NCBI GenBank assembly: GCA_951406725.2
Contig: OX597821.1
Coordinates: 21,886,001-21,950,000 of the forward strand
From: Octopus vulgaris
Lineage: Eukaryota
DNA length: 64,000 nucleotides
Reading direction: 5' to 3'
Part shown: piece after piece, positions 1 through 13,360 of the stretch
Layout of the letters: every line of letters begins with the position of its first letter
Numbering within the stretch: the stretch's first letter is position 1
Notes under the pieces: generated by a model
Seen by the model: only the letters and a program-made list of their open reading frames with translations
What the model was told of the DNA's origin: nothing
Database searches by the model: none
Program-made: the position numbers and the translations under genes

Positions 1-144
1 GACAAAGCTATTAACTTGAATTAAATCTGAGATATATCAACATGGATACTCGTGTTATGAATGACGTCATGCACTTCCTCCTTTCTCATCCACGCTCTCT
101 CCCTCTCACTATGTATGTATGCATATATATATACATACATACAA

Positions 145-186
<42 letters not shown>

Positions 187-188
<2 letters not shown>

Positions 189-830
189 CTTTAAATTGTT
201 TCAGCTTTAAAGCTGCGCTCATGCCGGGGCACCGCCGTTCGCTGTGCTACAACATTATTTTAAAACCTCTTCTGAAATGTGGCATTTGATGAATGAGAGA
301 ACTTGATGCTGCTGCCCTCGTCTGTTTTCCCTGCTGTGAAGTAGGCTCATCTGGAACTCTTGACGGCTGGAGATCCACTTTTGTTTTGAAGGCACCTACA
401 TCCACACCATACAGGTTTCTCAGGCATTTTGGAAGGATACTGAAGAGCTGTGGGCCCTTGAAACCCAAGCCGTTGCCGTATCTGGTCCTGTATTTTGATG
501 GTGATGCTGGGATCTTTGGCACTATGCAGTGGCACCCCGTTCTGCTGTTTGTGTAACTTACAATGCCAAAGTTTAGTACAACACCCTCCAGGATTTTCCA
601 GTTGTATATAACTGCATATCTTTCCAGCCTTCGTCCAAGGGAGAAGGGTTTTAACTCTTTCAGTCTTTCCCATTAGCTGATGTGTTGCATTGAGACGACT
701 TTCTTTGTGCGGCTTCGTTCGATTGCTGCGAGTTCCGCTGTTGGTTCTATACTGTGCGGTGTCCATAGTTGGGAGTAATCCAAGCGGCTGAGGATGTAGG
801 TCATCCAAAGGACCATCATTGCTTCTTGAT
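187..830 (-). mobile_element. CR1/L2-group LINE 3' fragment (frameshifted ORF2 C-terminus + 3' UTR hairpins)
   Basis: Minus-strand frames join to ...RRLERYAVIYNWKILEGVVLNFGI...GPQLFSILPKCLRNL...FKTKVD...VPDEP...SSLIHQ, typical of a CR1-group ORF2 end. The 3' UTR ends next to (TA)n. Confidence 0.75.
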
Positions 831-839
831 AGATATATA

Positions 840-1051
840 TTACTTGATCCAACCACTGGACTGCGTCATTAATGTGACGCCACCTCGATTGACTTCAATC
901 GAAAGAATCGACCCAATTCGTTTTCCTTTTTTCTTCAGCCTAGTACTTATTTCTCTTTCGCCGGTCTTTTTGCCGAACTGTTAAGTTACAGAGGTATAAA
1001 AACACCAACACTGGTTATCAAACGGTTGCAGGGTAAAAACGCAGACACAAT

Positions 1052-1112
<61 letters not shown>

Positions 1113-1272
1113 GAAGTGCCTCTTTCAGTTTCCGTCTACCAAATCCACTCACAAGGCTTTGATCGGCCCGAGGCTATACCAAAAGACACTCGCCCAAGGT
1201 GCCACGCAGTGGGACTGAACCCGGAACCATGTAGTTGGTAAGCAAGCTTCTTACCACACAGTCACTCCTGCG

Positions 1273-1274
<2 letters not shown>
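840..1274 (-). mobile_element. SINE family B (tRNA-like head, CORE-like CTTGGGCAAGTG segment, internal microsatellite)
   Basis: Reverse complement of the 8814-9193 copy, with A/B-box-like TGGCTGTGTGG and GGTTCAGTCC. Confidence 0.8.
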
Positions 1275-1341
<67 letters not shown>

Positions 1342-1696
1342 GGATGGGGTTGTGCCTGCGTCTGTGTATGTATGTATGTACGTATGTATTTCTATATGTG
1401 TGTCTTCTGCTAGTTTGAAAAGCCCATGTTTGCTAGCTTTAATGGTTTGTTTATTTGTTTTTGAATGTTCAATGTTTCTGAGAATTTTTTTTTTTACTTG
1501 CAATATACTATTATCAATCATTTTTCTCTCGAGATTGTTGCTGGCTCTTTGAATATATTCTTTATTTCTTACAGTTTTGTTCATAGCGTTTATTTAGTTA
1601 CTGTTTGTGATTTGTTTGTTTCACTCATGCATATACTTACACACATGCACACACGCGCATACGCCTGTGTGTGTATGTGAGTATGTGTGTTTATAA

Positions 1697-1737
<41 letters not shown>

Positions 1738-1837
1738 GAATAGACAGATAGTTATAAATATACTTGTACACATACATATATACATTTAAGTGTATGTGTC
1801 TATACATGCATGTATATACATATATGTATATACACAC

Positions 1838-1881
<44 letters not shown>

Positions 1882-1912
1882 GCATACATATTTTGATCTG
1901 TAAGCATATATT

Positions 1913-1946
<34 letters not shown>

Positions 1947-1980
1947 CACAAATATATGCTTACAGATCAAAATATGTATG

Positions 1981-2021
<41 letters not shown>

Positions 2022-3384
2022 AATGTGTGTATGTGTCTGAATGATATGTTTCTGTTTATTTGTATAATTTAAAGATAAATGAACAAAGAGGAATAGCTTA
2101 GAGTGACCAGTGGCATGTATTTGAACAATAAAGACAAACGACGCTATATCAAATACCACAGAAAATAAATATTATCATTTACTTGAAATGATATTCTTTG
2201 CTGAAGAGAAGAAGAAAAAACAAATGTCTTGTAGCAACGGCATTCAACTCCTAAAAGGGGAGATAATATCAAGACTCAGGAATCCTCTAAAGCCCTCGCG
2301 CTATTAAGAGTAGAGCAGTCTGCTGTAAGTACATATTCCTTCCTCTGAAGGCGTCGCCGGCACAGCATTTATCTTAACGTGCACTTAGCAGATGAAACAG
2401 TTAAACATGTAGAAAGAAAACGATTTAATATACCTCACTTTCTTCTTACGTGCATATACATGTTTGTGTGAGTACACGTGAGTGTATAAAGTAGCCAATC
2501 CTCCCGGCTCTTTCTGTTCTATGTTCCAGTCCCATCGTATATTCAGCTGTACACTATTCATACAAATGCAGGTATGTATTATATAAGTACAGATACACAC
2601 ACACTCCTCTGTGCACAGACAAAAACACACACACATACATACACACACATAAACACGCACACACACACATACACACAAAAGGAAACATCGCAAAACACAC
2701 ACACACACAACTCTGTACACACACATATACACACAACAGAAAACATCGCATAAACAACAAACACACACATACACACACATACACACGAAAGAAAACATCG
2801 CGAAAAAGCACACATACATACATACACACAGACACGCAGCTGGAGACACCTAAAATATTACGTAAAACACCCACACACGCAAATAAGAATAAAAATCCTA
2901 ATTCTTTCTTTAACAAGACATTCATCACAACATACACATCCATCAACACACAGCTTGTCACATTCCAAACGTATTGAAAGGTCATTCAATACGATACGCA
3001 CACACAAACACACGCACGCACGCACGCACGCACAGGTGTACATAAACCCCATTCAATAAATGCATTTAATCCACTCCCTTAGCAGGATATAGACAACTAT
3101 ATCCCCTCTCTTTCTCTCTAACACATTGAACTCTATACCAAACTACATTTAAAGAAGACTTCAACAAAAAACTCCAGACATGCTTTTGATCTCCCAAACA
3201 GAAGATAAACTGTTTTTGCTTCAAATTTTTATAAATTTTTACTAATATTTGATAAAATGAGATTAATCATCGAAACCGGTAAGAGTCTAAAATTATTTTA
3301 TTAAATTCTTTCTAAACTGAAATGTCTTAGATTTGCTTCTGTGCTAATTCTACTTGTACCTTATATATGATTAGGTGAAAGCAT

Positions 3385-3826
3385 ATTAGTTCCAAGTTTT
3401 GGCACAAGGCTAGTAATTTCGTGGGAATGGGTAAGTCGATGATAATGACGCTAGTACTCAACCGGTACTTCCTTCATAGAGCCCGAAGGAATGAAAGGCA
3501 AAATAGACCCCCGGCTGCATTTGAAAGAAAAGTCACAAGAAATGTTGCTATGGATTTTGTGCGGGGCAGTAACGATTCTACCAGTTCACCGCCTTAGGTG
3601 AATGAATATTGATTTCAAATTTTGGCACACGGCCAGCAATTACGGGCGGGGGGGGTAAATCGATTACATCGACCTCCATTGCACAGCTGGCACTTATTTT
3701 ATCGACCCCGGAATGATGAAAGGCAAAGTTGATCTCGGCGGCATTTGAGCTCAAAACGTAAAGACGAACGAAATACCGCTAAGCATTCTGCCCGGCGTGC
3801 TAACGATTCTGCAAGCTCGCTGTTTC
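3385..3826 (-). mobile_element. Two tandem SINE family A copies
   Basis: Reverse complement of GGCGGCGAGCTGGCAGAA...GAGGTCGACTTTGCCTTTCATCCTTTCGGGGTCGATAAA. AGGTGAA is repeated at about 3373, 3596 and 3827. Confidence 0.8.
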
Positions 3827-3980
3827 AGGTGAATGGACATTAAGAGGAAAATGAATAAAATTATTCAAGAGGACTGAAAGTAATCGTAGAGATAGTTTAC
3901 TCAAAATACAACTGAGGTGTTAAACAAGTGATTTGGATGAGATGTTTGACGAATTGTCTATGACTGAAATTTTGTGTGTA

Positions 3981-4659
3981 CGAGGGTGTGCTGAAAAGTT
4001 CCTGACTTTGAGGACATCACTAAACACCTGGTTTGAGGCTCAACCTTCCGAGTTCTTGTACAGGGTTTAAAAAACCTGAAGGACCGCTGGAAAAAAGACT
4101 TTTCTATAACAGGTGGAAGTGAGTGGTATGTAATAGGCGGCGAGCTGGCAGAAACGTTAGCACGCCGGGCGAAATGCTTAGCGGTATTTCGTCTGCGTTA
4201 CGTTGTGAGTTCAAATTCCCTCGAGGTCGACTTTGTCTTTCATCCTTTCGGGGTCGATAAATTAAGTACCAGTTACGCACTGGGGTTGATGTAATCGACT
4301 TAATACCTATGTCTGTCCTTGTTTGTCCCCTCTGTGTTTAGCCCCTTGTGGGTAATAAAGAAATAGGTATGTAACACAGCTTACTGCTTCAGAGGATAAT
4401 ATTCTTGCCGCAATCGCAATACGTTTCACTAATCTGTGCCAGAAATCTCTTTATCTCATTAATTTACGAGGAATACTGCAAAGTTGCTGGCTTTAAGGGT
4501 ATCGTGAAAGGCTTAGTGGGAAGCCCGACGTTCAAGTTCTTTTACAAGGCTTACAAAAACTGAAGGACCACTGCAACAAGTGTGTGAATCTGAGAGAGGA
4601 ATATGTTGAATAATATGGTTTCATTTACTCAAAGCTAGGAACTTTTCAGCACACACTCG
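3981..4659 (+). mobile_element. Mariner-derived MITE region (two partial copies) interrupted by a SINE
   Basis: TIRs CGAGGGTGTGCTGAAAAGTTCC / GGAACTTTTCAGCACACACTCG are flanked by TA. The interior encodes a mariner C-terminal-like KLKDHCNKCVNLREEYVE*. Confidence 0.75.
4136..4369 (+). mobile_element. SINE family A, full length
   Basis: A-box-like TGGCAGAAACG, B-box GTTCAAATTCC and the conserved central domain. TSD GGTATGTAA at 4125 and 4366. Confidence 0.85.
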
Positions 4660-5036
4660 TATGTGTAAAGCCCTGTTAAACAGCTAAATACCCTCCCACG
4701 ATACGGCAATCATCTGAGGCCCTGACATACACAAGTATAACACAAATAGATCAGCATTGCCTTTTCATAACCCGTGCGTCCCCGGGAAACTGCCAAATGC
4801 ACTTATCCCTAGACGGCACATTATATACGGACTAGTTTGCTTAAAATATATTTAGTTCTAATGTTTGTATGTATGCGAGTGTGTGCGCGTGTATGCGTGG
4901 TGTGAGAGAGACAGACAGACAGACAGTCAGAGTGCGTGTATGTGTGTATGCATGTATGCATGCATGAGGTGTATGTGTGTGTGTGTGTTTGTGTCTGTGT
5001 GTGTGTCTGTGTCTGTGTGTGTGTCTGTGTCTGTGT

Positions 5037-5106
<70 letters not shown>

Positions 5107-5360
5107 ATATTGTGTATGATTCTTCCTTTTGTACTAAGCTAACCATGTACTACTGGAAATTAGCCAAAATTCACTTGAGCTAATATACTGAGATGAAAAG
5201 AAACAACACAAAACAACATAAAAAGAAAATCATTTTTAATAATAAAGATGAAAACAATTAACGAGGAAGGTAAACACAGTCTGTAAATTCAAATCTAGAT
5301 AAAAATATAGTATTATATGCATATTAAGTAAGCAGGCGCATACGCACGTGCGTGTGTGTA

Positions 5361-5403
<43 letters not shown>

Positions 5404-5620
5404 CTGTGTGTGTATGCATACGCGCACAGGCTCACACCCATATTTTGATTGATTTATTTATCTATATTTTTTGTCTATATCCACCCGTTTGTAACCCAGT
5501 GCAATATTTTTCTTGTACGAAAAAGCCCTGATTGCAATATTTAAAGAAAATATTATTGCTGTTGTTGTTGTTGTTATCATCATCCTTATTATTATTATTA
5601 TCATTATTATTATTATTATT

Positions 5621-5679
<59 letters not shown>

Positions 5680-5701
5680 TATTATTATTATTATTATTAT
5701 T

Positions 5702-6017
5702 GTCATTTACTTTTAATCTGCATGTTTGATGCAATCACCTGCCGGGGCACACCCAGCGCCCTAGGGCAAGTGAAGGTTAAGAGTTGTTGAAATATAGCTA
5801 AAAGCTTGGGGAGGGGAAGTAGTGAAATATCTCCATGTAATACAACACATTTACATTGATAGGGTTTTTCTAAGGATGTGGGCAGTACTTGTTAGCACAA
5901 ACTTTTGGATTTCCTTGAGACATGGTTCTCCAGGGATATTGTCTATGTGTTTCTGACATCCCTTTTTTTATCATACCTAGGACACCTACAATAACAGGAA
6001 CAGTTTTTGTTTTAAGA
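5702..6017 (-). mobile_element. R4/Dong-like RLE LINE 3' end in an (AAT)n tract
   Basis: Minus frame LKTKTVPVIVGVLGMIKKGCQKHIDNIPGEPCLKEIQKFVLTSTAHILRKTLSM*. (ATT)n lies on both sides. Confidence 0.75.
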
Positions 6018-6050
<33 letters not shown>

Positions 6051-6051
<1 letters not shown>

Positions 6052-6440
6052 GGTTTCGAATTTTCTCACAAGGCCAGTACTTTTGTAGGGGAGGGTGTAA
6101 ATCGATTACTTCGGCTCCAGTGCTCAACTGGTACTTATTTTATCGACCTCCGAGAGGATAAAAGGCAAAGTCTACCTCGTCGAAATTTGAACTTTGCAAA
6201 CGGTCGAAATGCCACTCAGCACTTTTCCTGGCGTGGTAACGATTCTGCAAGTTCATTGTTATTATGAAAGCGGCGAGTTGGTAGAACCGTTACGGCGCCG
6301 GGTAAGACGCATAGGGGCATTTCTTCTGACTTTACGTTCAAGGCTCAAATTCAACGTAGGATGACTTTGCTTTCCTTCTCTCGGGGGTCGATAAAATAGT
6401 ACCTGCTAAGCAATGGGGTTGAGGAGATATAAATCTACAA
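6051..6440. mobile_element. Two divergent SINE family A copies (minus ~6051-6260, plus ~6268-6440)
   Basis: Degenerate matches to the family A head and central domain. Confidence 0.7.
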
Positions 6441-6759
6441 GAATGTTTGGTATTCGTGAAGAGTTGAAATGTGTATAGGGGACATTATCTGTACAGCTTT
6501 TCTTTTTCATTTTGACCGGTTGTTGGGTAGGTCTCCGAACGCTGGAACTCATGTTAAGGCGCGTATGTGTCTGTGTGTGTTCGTCTGGGTATGTTTTGGT
6601 TAAACTATGTTCTGGGTTTTCAGGATATGCTGGTGAAAGAACCGAAGATGGAGAATTGTTGATAGTCAAGATGAGGTTCCTAGGTACGAACAAGGCTAAA
6701 AATTGACCACAATGGATATATGGTGTTGTACACTTTGGTTAATATACAAGGTGGGCCAG

Positions 6760-7070
6760 AAATCATGCACCAAAATATTTGACGTATTTATCTTATTCAC
6801 TGAGGTTGAGTTTTGCCTTTCATATTTCCAGGGTCGATCAAATGAATACCAGTTGAATACTGGGGTTGATGGTATCGACTTACTCACTTCTCTGAAATTA
6901 CTGACCTTATGCCAAAACTTGAAATTATCATCATCATCATCATTATTATTATTCCGTTGAGGTCGACTTTGCTTTTTGCTCTTTCGGGATCGAAAACTTT
7001 TGGGGATCGATGTAACCCGCTTGTTCTCTCCCCTCAAATTCCAGGCCTTGTGCCTTTGTAGAAAGGATTA
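6760..7070 (+). mobile_element. Two partial SINE family A copies
   Basis: GAGGT(T/C)GA.TTTGC.TTT...GGTCGAT central domain and CCTTGTGCC-type tail. Confidence 0.65.
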
Positions 7071-7183
<113 letters not shown>

Positions 7184-7184
7184 T

Positions 7185-7765
7185 TATGTTTGACTTTTGC
7201 TTTGCATTTGTACAAGTTGGCTCCAAGTCTCACCCAGAGACCCCAAGAGACAACAATTTAGAAGTTGGTGTTATGCCTAGGGTGTCATATATTTGGTTTT
7301 GCACATAGTATTGTTCTAGAGAATGTTTAAGAAAACATAAGGAAATTATCAGTTTGTTTTAAAATTTGAGATTACATAGTCAGTATTTTACATAGGATAT
7401 GGGCAGTTCCCATGCGCACTATCCTTTGAATTTCCGCCGTTTTGGGGTTTCCTGGCATCTGAGCTAGGTAGCAATCAGCCTCTTTTGCTATCATTCCTAG
7501 GGTACCTATGACAACAGGTATGTTTTTAGTCTTCAGGTTCCACATTTTGCTAATTTCTATTTCAAGATCTTTATACTTGCTCAGTTTTTGATAGGTCTTG
7601 ACAGATACGTTTATATCGATTGGGACAGTCATATCACTGAGCAGGCATGATTTTTTTGTGTGAAGTTTACCAAGAGAATGTATCGCCTCTATCTTTCTGT
7701 CAGTTTGAATGGTGAAGTTCCAGAGGAGTGAAATGTGATCATTTTCAAGCACTAGAGGAGGTTTC
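7185..7765 (-). mobile_element. R4/Dong-like RLE LINE 3' fragment (restriction-like endonuclease region)
   Basis: ORF 7372-7809 has LLWNFTIQTDRKI...CLLSDMTVP...KLSKYKDLEIEISKMWNLKTKNIPVVIGTLG...GTAHIL. The 3' UTR runs into (AAT)n. Confidence 0.8.
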
Positions 7766-7770
7766 TGTCC

Positions 7771-7990
7771 AAGGCGGCGAGTTGGCAGAATTGTTAGCAC
7801 ACCGGACAAAATGCTTAGCGATATTTGGTCTGTTTTTGCATTTTGAATTCAAATTCTACCGACGTCGACTTTGCCTTTCATCCTCTCGGGGTCGATAAAA
7901 TGAGTGCCAGTTGTACCTTAGGATCGATGCAATCGATTTACTTCCACTCCCACCAAAATTGCTGACCTTGTGCCAAAATTTGAAGCCATT
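7771..7990 (+). mobile_element. SINE family A
   Basis: Full head, central domain and TGCCAAAATTTGAA tail. Confidence 0.8.
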
Positions 7991-8154
7991 ATGGCTATTA
8001 TTATCATTGTGCATTTTGTTCATCACATACAAGTACGGAAGTATTCATAATTAATTTTGCTTAACTTATTCAATTTTAGCAAAATTAAAGCATGCTCTCG
8101 GCAATTCTGAGTGTATTCAACTTACTGGTGCGTGGCTTTTTCCCATCATGAATT

Positions 8155-8202
<48 letters not shown>

Positions 8203-8263
8203 TATAGATAGATAAACAGACAGTTGACAGGCAGACATATATAATTTATGTATATGTAATGTA

Positions 8264-8336
<73 letters not shown>

Positions 8337-8357
8337 CTCTCTCTATATATATATATA

Positions 8358-8548
8358 GGGATAGTTTAAGAAAAGACAAAAGACGAAGACAGGTGGTGTA
8401 CAAAACAAACAGATGTATTAGTATAACGCTCAGGAATAGAAAAAAGTCTTTTACATTTCGAGCCTACGCTCTTCTACAGAAAGGGACACAGAAAAAACAA
8501 GGAGAGAAAAAATGTCTGTGTAGTGGCTAGCGATCTATCATGGCGACT
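8358..8548 (-). mobile_element. ~190-bp (TA)n-associated repeat with minimal HHR-like motif (PLE pLTR-like relic)
   Basis: Near-identical to 18430-18617 and related to 55995-56120. Motif at 8448-8483. Confidence 0.6.
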
Positions 8549-8618
8549 CATATATGTACATATATATATATTGTTTTAAATCTCTGAGCGAGAGATATGC
8601 AGTAACAGTACCGAATAG

Positions 8619-8803
8619 TAAATTTTATTTGCCAGCATAATGCGGTAGTCCTATTAAGGACAATGTTACTGTTTTTAGCCCCCCCCCCCCATACACACAC
8701 GCATAGACCCAGTAGCCAACTGGAAAAGATGTTTTCCTGGGGCTAAAAGACAGTAACATCGTTCATGTATATGAATGCTACATGATGTTGGCAAATAAAC
8801 TTA
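8619..8803. mobile_element. Fold-back MITE-like element with ~60-bp imperfect TIRs
   Basis: TTTATTTGCCAGCAT...ATGTTACTGTTTTTAGCCCC vs GGGGCTAAAAGACAGTAACAT...ATGTTGGCAAATAAA. Confidence 0.6.
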
Positions 8804-8813
8804 GCTATATATA

Positions 8814-9193
8814 GGCGCAGGAGTGGCTGTGTGGTAAGTAGCTTGCTTACCAACTACATGGTTCCGGGTTCAGTCCGACTGCGTGGCATCTTGGGCAAGT
8901 GTCTTCTACTATAGCCTCGGGCCGACCAACGCCTTGTGAGTGGATTTGGTAGACGGAAACTGAAAGAAGCCCGTCGTATATATGTATTATATATATGTGT
9001 GTGTGTATGTTTGTGAGTCTGTGTTTGTCCCCCTAACATTGCTTGACAACCGATGCTGGTTCGGCAAAAGACCGATAGAATAAGCACTGGGCTTACAAAG
9101 AATAAGTCCCGGGGTCGATTTGCTCGACTAAAAGGCGGTGCTCCAGCATGGCCGCAGTCAAATCACTGAAACATGCAAAAGAGTTTAAAAGAG
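8814..9193 (+). mobile_element. SINE family B, near full length
   Basis: GGCGCAGGAGTGGCTGTGTGGTAAG head, internal (TA)/(TG) tract, GGCGGTGCTCCAGCATGGCCGCAGTC tail. Confidence 0.85.
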
Positions 9194-9374
9194 TATATAT
9201 AATTAATGACTGCGACAAACATATTGGAGAACTGACCAATGCCTGTCAAATTAAAGACATAGCAAGCCACCACTGCCCACCAGACTCTAAGGTCTGTTAT
9301 TTTGGTACATAATATCAGTCAGCCAGATGATTGATGGGGACAACTAGATAAACACGTGCGGGACAGTCGAAAAT

Positions 9375-9407
<33 letters not shown>

Positions 9408-9689
9408 TTGGTATTGGCTACACTTGGTCTTGAAGCTGGTGATCGTGGGTGGTGGTTGTGGTGGTTGTTGAAGTAGGTCGGTCGAATGTTTGGCACTGAG
9501 GGATGGATCGAAGGCTATGCTGTCATCGTTGTTTTTCTTGTTGTTGTTGTTGTTATTATTACTTTTGTGATTGTCTTGAATTGTCTTCCTCTCTAGCTAG
9601 CTACCTAACTAAATAGACAGACAGACAGACATACATACAGACAGACAGACATACAGACAGACAGGCAGACATACAGACAGACAGACAGG

Positions 9690-9749
<60 letters not shown>

Positions 9750-9751
<2 letters not shown>

Positions 9752-9962
9752 CGAAGAGGTGCGGAAAAGTTCCTGGCCTTAACGGTATTGCGAAAAACCT
9801 GGCTGGAAACCCAACTTTCCGAGTTCTTTTACAGGGCTTAAAAAACTGAAGGACCGCTGCACTGTGTGAATCTGAGAGGGGAATATGTTCACTAAAATCA
9901 TAATTAACTGACCCTCCTGTATTTTCTTTTACCCAAAGCTATGAACATTTCACCCGACCATA
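9750..9962 (+). mobile_element. Mariner-derived MITE in (GATA)n
   Basis: Starts TACGAAGAGGTGCGGAAAAGTTCCTG, and the interior matches 3981-4659. Confidence 0.7.
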
Positions 9963-10214
9963 GATAGACAGATGTAAGTGAGGAGGTAGACAAATAGGCA
10001 ACAGACAGACCCAAAGTATTAACCGACAAGTATTAAACTTAGTTTTACCTTGTCAACAAAGAAACAAAATGTCACTGTTAACTAACACATTACGCAGTCA
10101 ACATAACTTAACAGTTTGTTTCTTTCAAGAGTAAAGTTGTGGGTTATTTCGACAATACAGTGTACTCCATGTTGTACACACATATACGTACAATGAGAGA
10201 TACGTCGTTCGCAG

Positions 10215-11480
10215 AGACTTACTGTCCAATCTCACTCACCTCCTTCCCTTAGAAGTAACTCGTAACTAGACAAACATCATCTTCATCCAGACTGTCATGG
10301 TTTTACTGGTGGCAAAGATCGCTTAATACAGATTCTACAACACTTGAATAGCCTCCTAATTGCTCGGGGAGAAGGTCCAACATAGATGTCATTTTTTCTC
10401 GAATTTAGCAAAGCTTTCGACAGAGTTCACCATAGAATTCTGCTGAAGAAATTATCCGGCACCGGCGTTTGTGGAAAGCTTCTGCAAAGAATTAAATATT
10501 TCTTGACAAACAGAAGCCAAATTCAGCATGCAATCAAAGGAATTTGCTAAAAACCAGCAAAATTAATTAGTGGTATCCTTCAGGGTAGTGTGTTGCCATC
10601 AAATCCTTGCAGATGACTCTGAGCTAAAAAGAAGTCATGTGACTGAACAAATCTCACTGAGATCTGAGCAACTGAGCAAGTGAAACCATACTCATCCATT
10701 TTGGAAAAGAAAATATACTCAATCGGCCCTCAGGAGATATTTTTTTCTCCTTCAGAAGATCTCGTTGTGTCAAATATCAGAGTTTTTGGTGTAAATGTGT
10801 ACAATGTGTCTCGCAGAGTGTGATAATAGATCCTTAGAACAATCCTGGCTAGAGATCCTGCTGCCACCATTTCTTTCTCTTCTCACCTAGAATATTACTG
10901 CCTATGAATGCCCTCTAATCGCAAAGAATACATTATGGGAATTGGAAATACCCCCAGGGATCGATCACAAAGAATAACTAAATAAACGGCATACCGGGTC
11001 TTGATTAATGGGATCACCTCAAAAACTTCAAACCTTATTCATTCCAACGCCACCAGGTGTGCTACATCATTTCTACAATGTGGAAAATATGCCATCAATA
11101 TAGTCCAAGCAATATCGGTAACACATTAAAATGACATCCAGGAGTTGGCCCAGAACCATACACCCCGCATCAAAAACCGAGTGTACATCATGAAACAACA
11201 TTCCGACATATCTTCTTTTTTTTTTTTTACTTCAGCTGGTCTTGATTTATTCAACATTATCTCGCATGAAATTAAAGAAGGAAAAGACCACATAAAATTC
11301 AAACAGTAACGGGACAAATTCCTCCAAGTAATATCAGACAACTAATACCGACAGATCGTTATGTTTCAGCAAGCAACAGCTTCCAACACGAATGAGCTAT
11401 GTTGTCCTAAAAGGACTTAAAATACTTCCCAAAGAGTTGCTTATTAAGTTAGACGTGACCTGGGCCCAAACAAATGCTCA
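10215..11480 (+). mobile_element. Old degenerate CR1-group LINE reverse transcriptase fragment
   Basis: Broken frames give YCPISLTS, HGF, EFSKAFDRVHHRILLKKL, SGILQGSVL, ADDS and HLEYYC. Confidence 0.8.
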
Positions 11481-11889
11481 AAATCTGTTCAAGTTATAAT
11501 AACCAAATGTTTATTTTAGGTATTGGTATGGTACCATCTTCCTCAATGGTCCATAGATGCATTGTTTCTTCCACATTTTTCTTACCACATTGAGGTTTAC
11601 TAGGTAACTGGATAGCTCCGTGTTTTGAACAACTGCAATACTGATCGTAGAAGCTGACGATGGACTTATTTATTTATTTATATATCTTTCTTTTTCACTT
11701 TTGTATGCATGTTTGTTTTTTTCTTGGAATTTATTCAACTTCGTCACTAAATTCAAACTTGACGCAAATACAGAGACACGGCTTCTCAGTTTGAGTTCAG
11801 AGTTCCAGAGATTATGCGAACAATGAGTATTAATTTGTGCTAGAGTGTATATACATAAGTAGATATATACGTGTGAGTGAGTGTATATG

Positions 11890-11956
<67 letters not shown>

Positions 11957-12201
11957 GTATGTATTTATGCGTGCGTGAGGGTGGGTGGGTGTATATGTGT
12001 GTGAATGATTTCATGCTTATATGAATATATATAGATGTGTGTGTGTGTTTTCGTGTATATGTATGGGTGTGTAGGAATATATATGTGTGCCTATGTACAT
12101 GTGTATGTGTAATTGTACATATGTATACGTATGTGTACTTGTACATATAGATACACATATATGTGTATGTGCATGTATGTAAGGGGCATAAGTGTGTATA
12201 G

Positions 12202-12261
<60 letters not shown>

Positions 12262-12817
12262 TTATAAATCCATATTATATATATATATGCATGCATTTTT
12301 ATGTATGTGGACAAATATGTGCACATTTATATAAATGTGTGTGTTTATGTCTATGTATGGGACTATATTTAAAGGCGTATGTACGTGCTTGCACGTTAGT
12401 GTAAGCGTGCTAGGTCAGAAAGCAAAATGGCGAACTTAAATAATACCCAACCATCGCCACAGCATCACCATCATTTCAAACACTAGCACAACCACCAGCA
12501 TCACTATTAACACCACCGCTACAACAACTACACAAACTACACTTTGTATAATCACTTTTCTATTGGTCTGAACCACTTCAAAGAACTCAAACGAACAAAG
12601 GTCAGCTGAGGTAATGAAAGGTTACCAAAGGTCAATTTTTTCAATAAATACGATTATATCGATTTTAAGGGCCGGGGTTGGTGGAACTGGGCAATGAAGA
12701 GGTGGGGGTGATTCTCCGTTTTCATACACATTTCCATATTTCTTTCTCTTTTTATCATTCTCCCCACATGTATCTCTCACTCTCTCATACTCTTTCGCTC
12801 TTCCTCTCCAGCCTCAG

Positions 12818-12863
<46 letters not shown>

Positions 12864-13306
12864 CTCTCTCTCTCCCCCTCTCTCTCTCCCCCTCTCTCTC
12901 TCCCTTTCTCTTTCTCTTTCTCCACTACACTCATTCTCCTCTTCCTCTTTCCATTCTCTGCCTTTCTATATTTCATTTCATTTCATTTCTTTCTGTCTGT
13001 TACCCTCTTTTCCTCCATCTACTCTCTCTCTCTTTCTATCTCACTCTCTCTCTCTCCCCCATCTCCTTCTGTTCATATACGCGCGCGCGTGTGTGTGTGT
13101 GTGTATTCTGTGTTATATATGCGTCTGCGTAAATGTTTATGCATAAATGTATGTGTATATGCACATACATGTATACATACAAGTTACAGACATATACACG
13201 CGCAGATATAGATATATAAGCATATAAGCATAAATATGCGTACATACATATATTCCCACACATACACAAATATATATATTTGAGTATGTGTGCATGTGTC
13301 TTTGAG

Positions 13307-13360
<54 letters not shown>

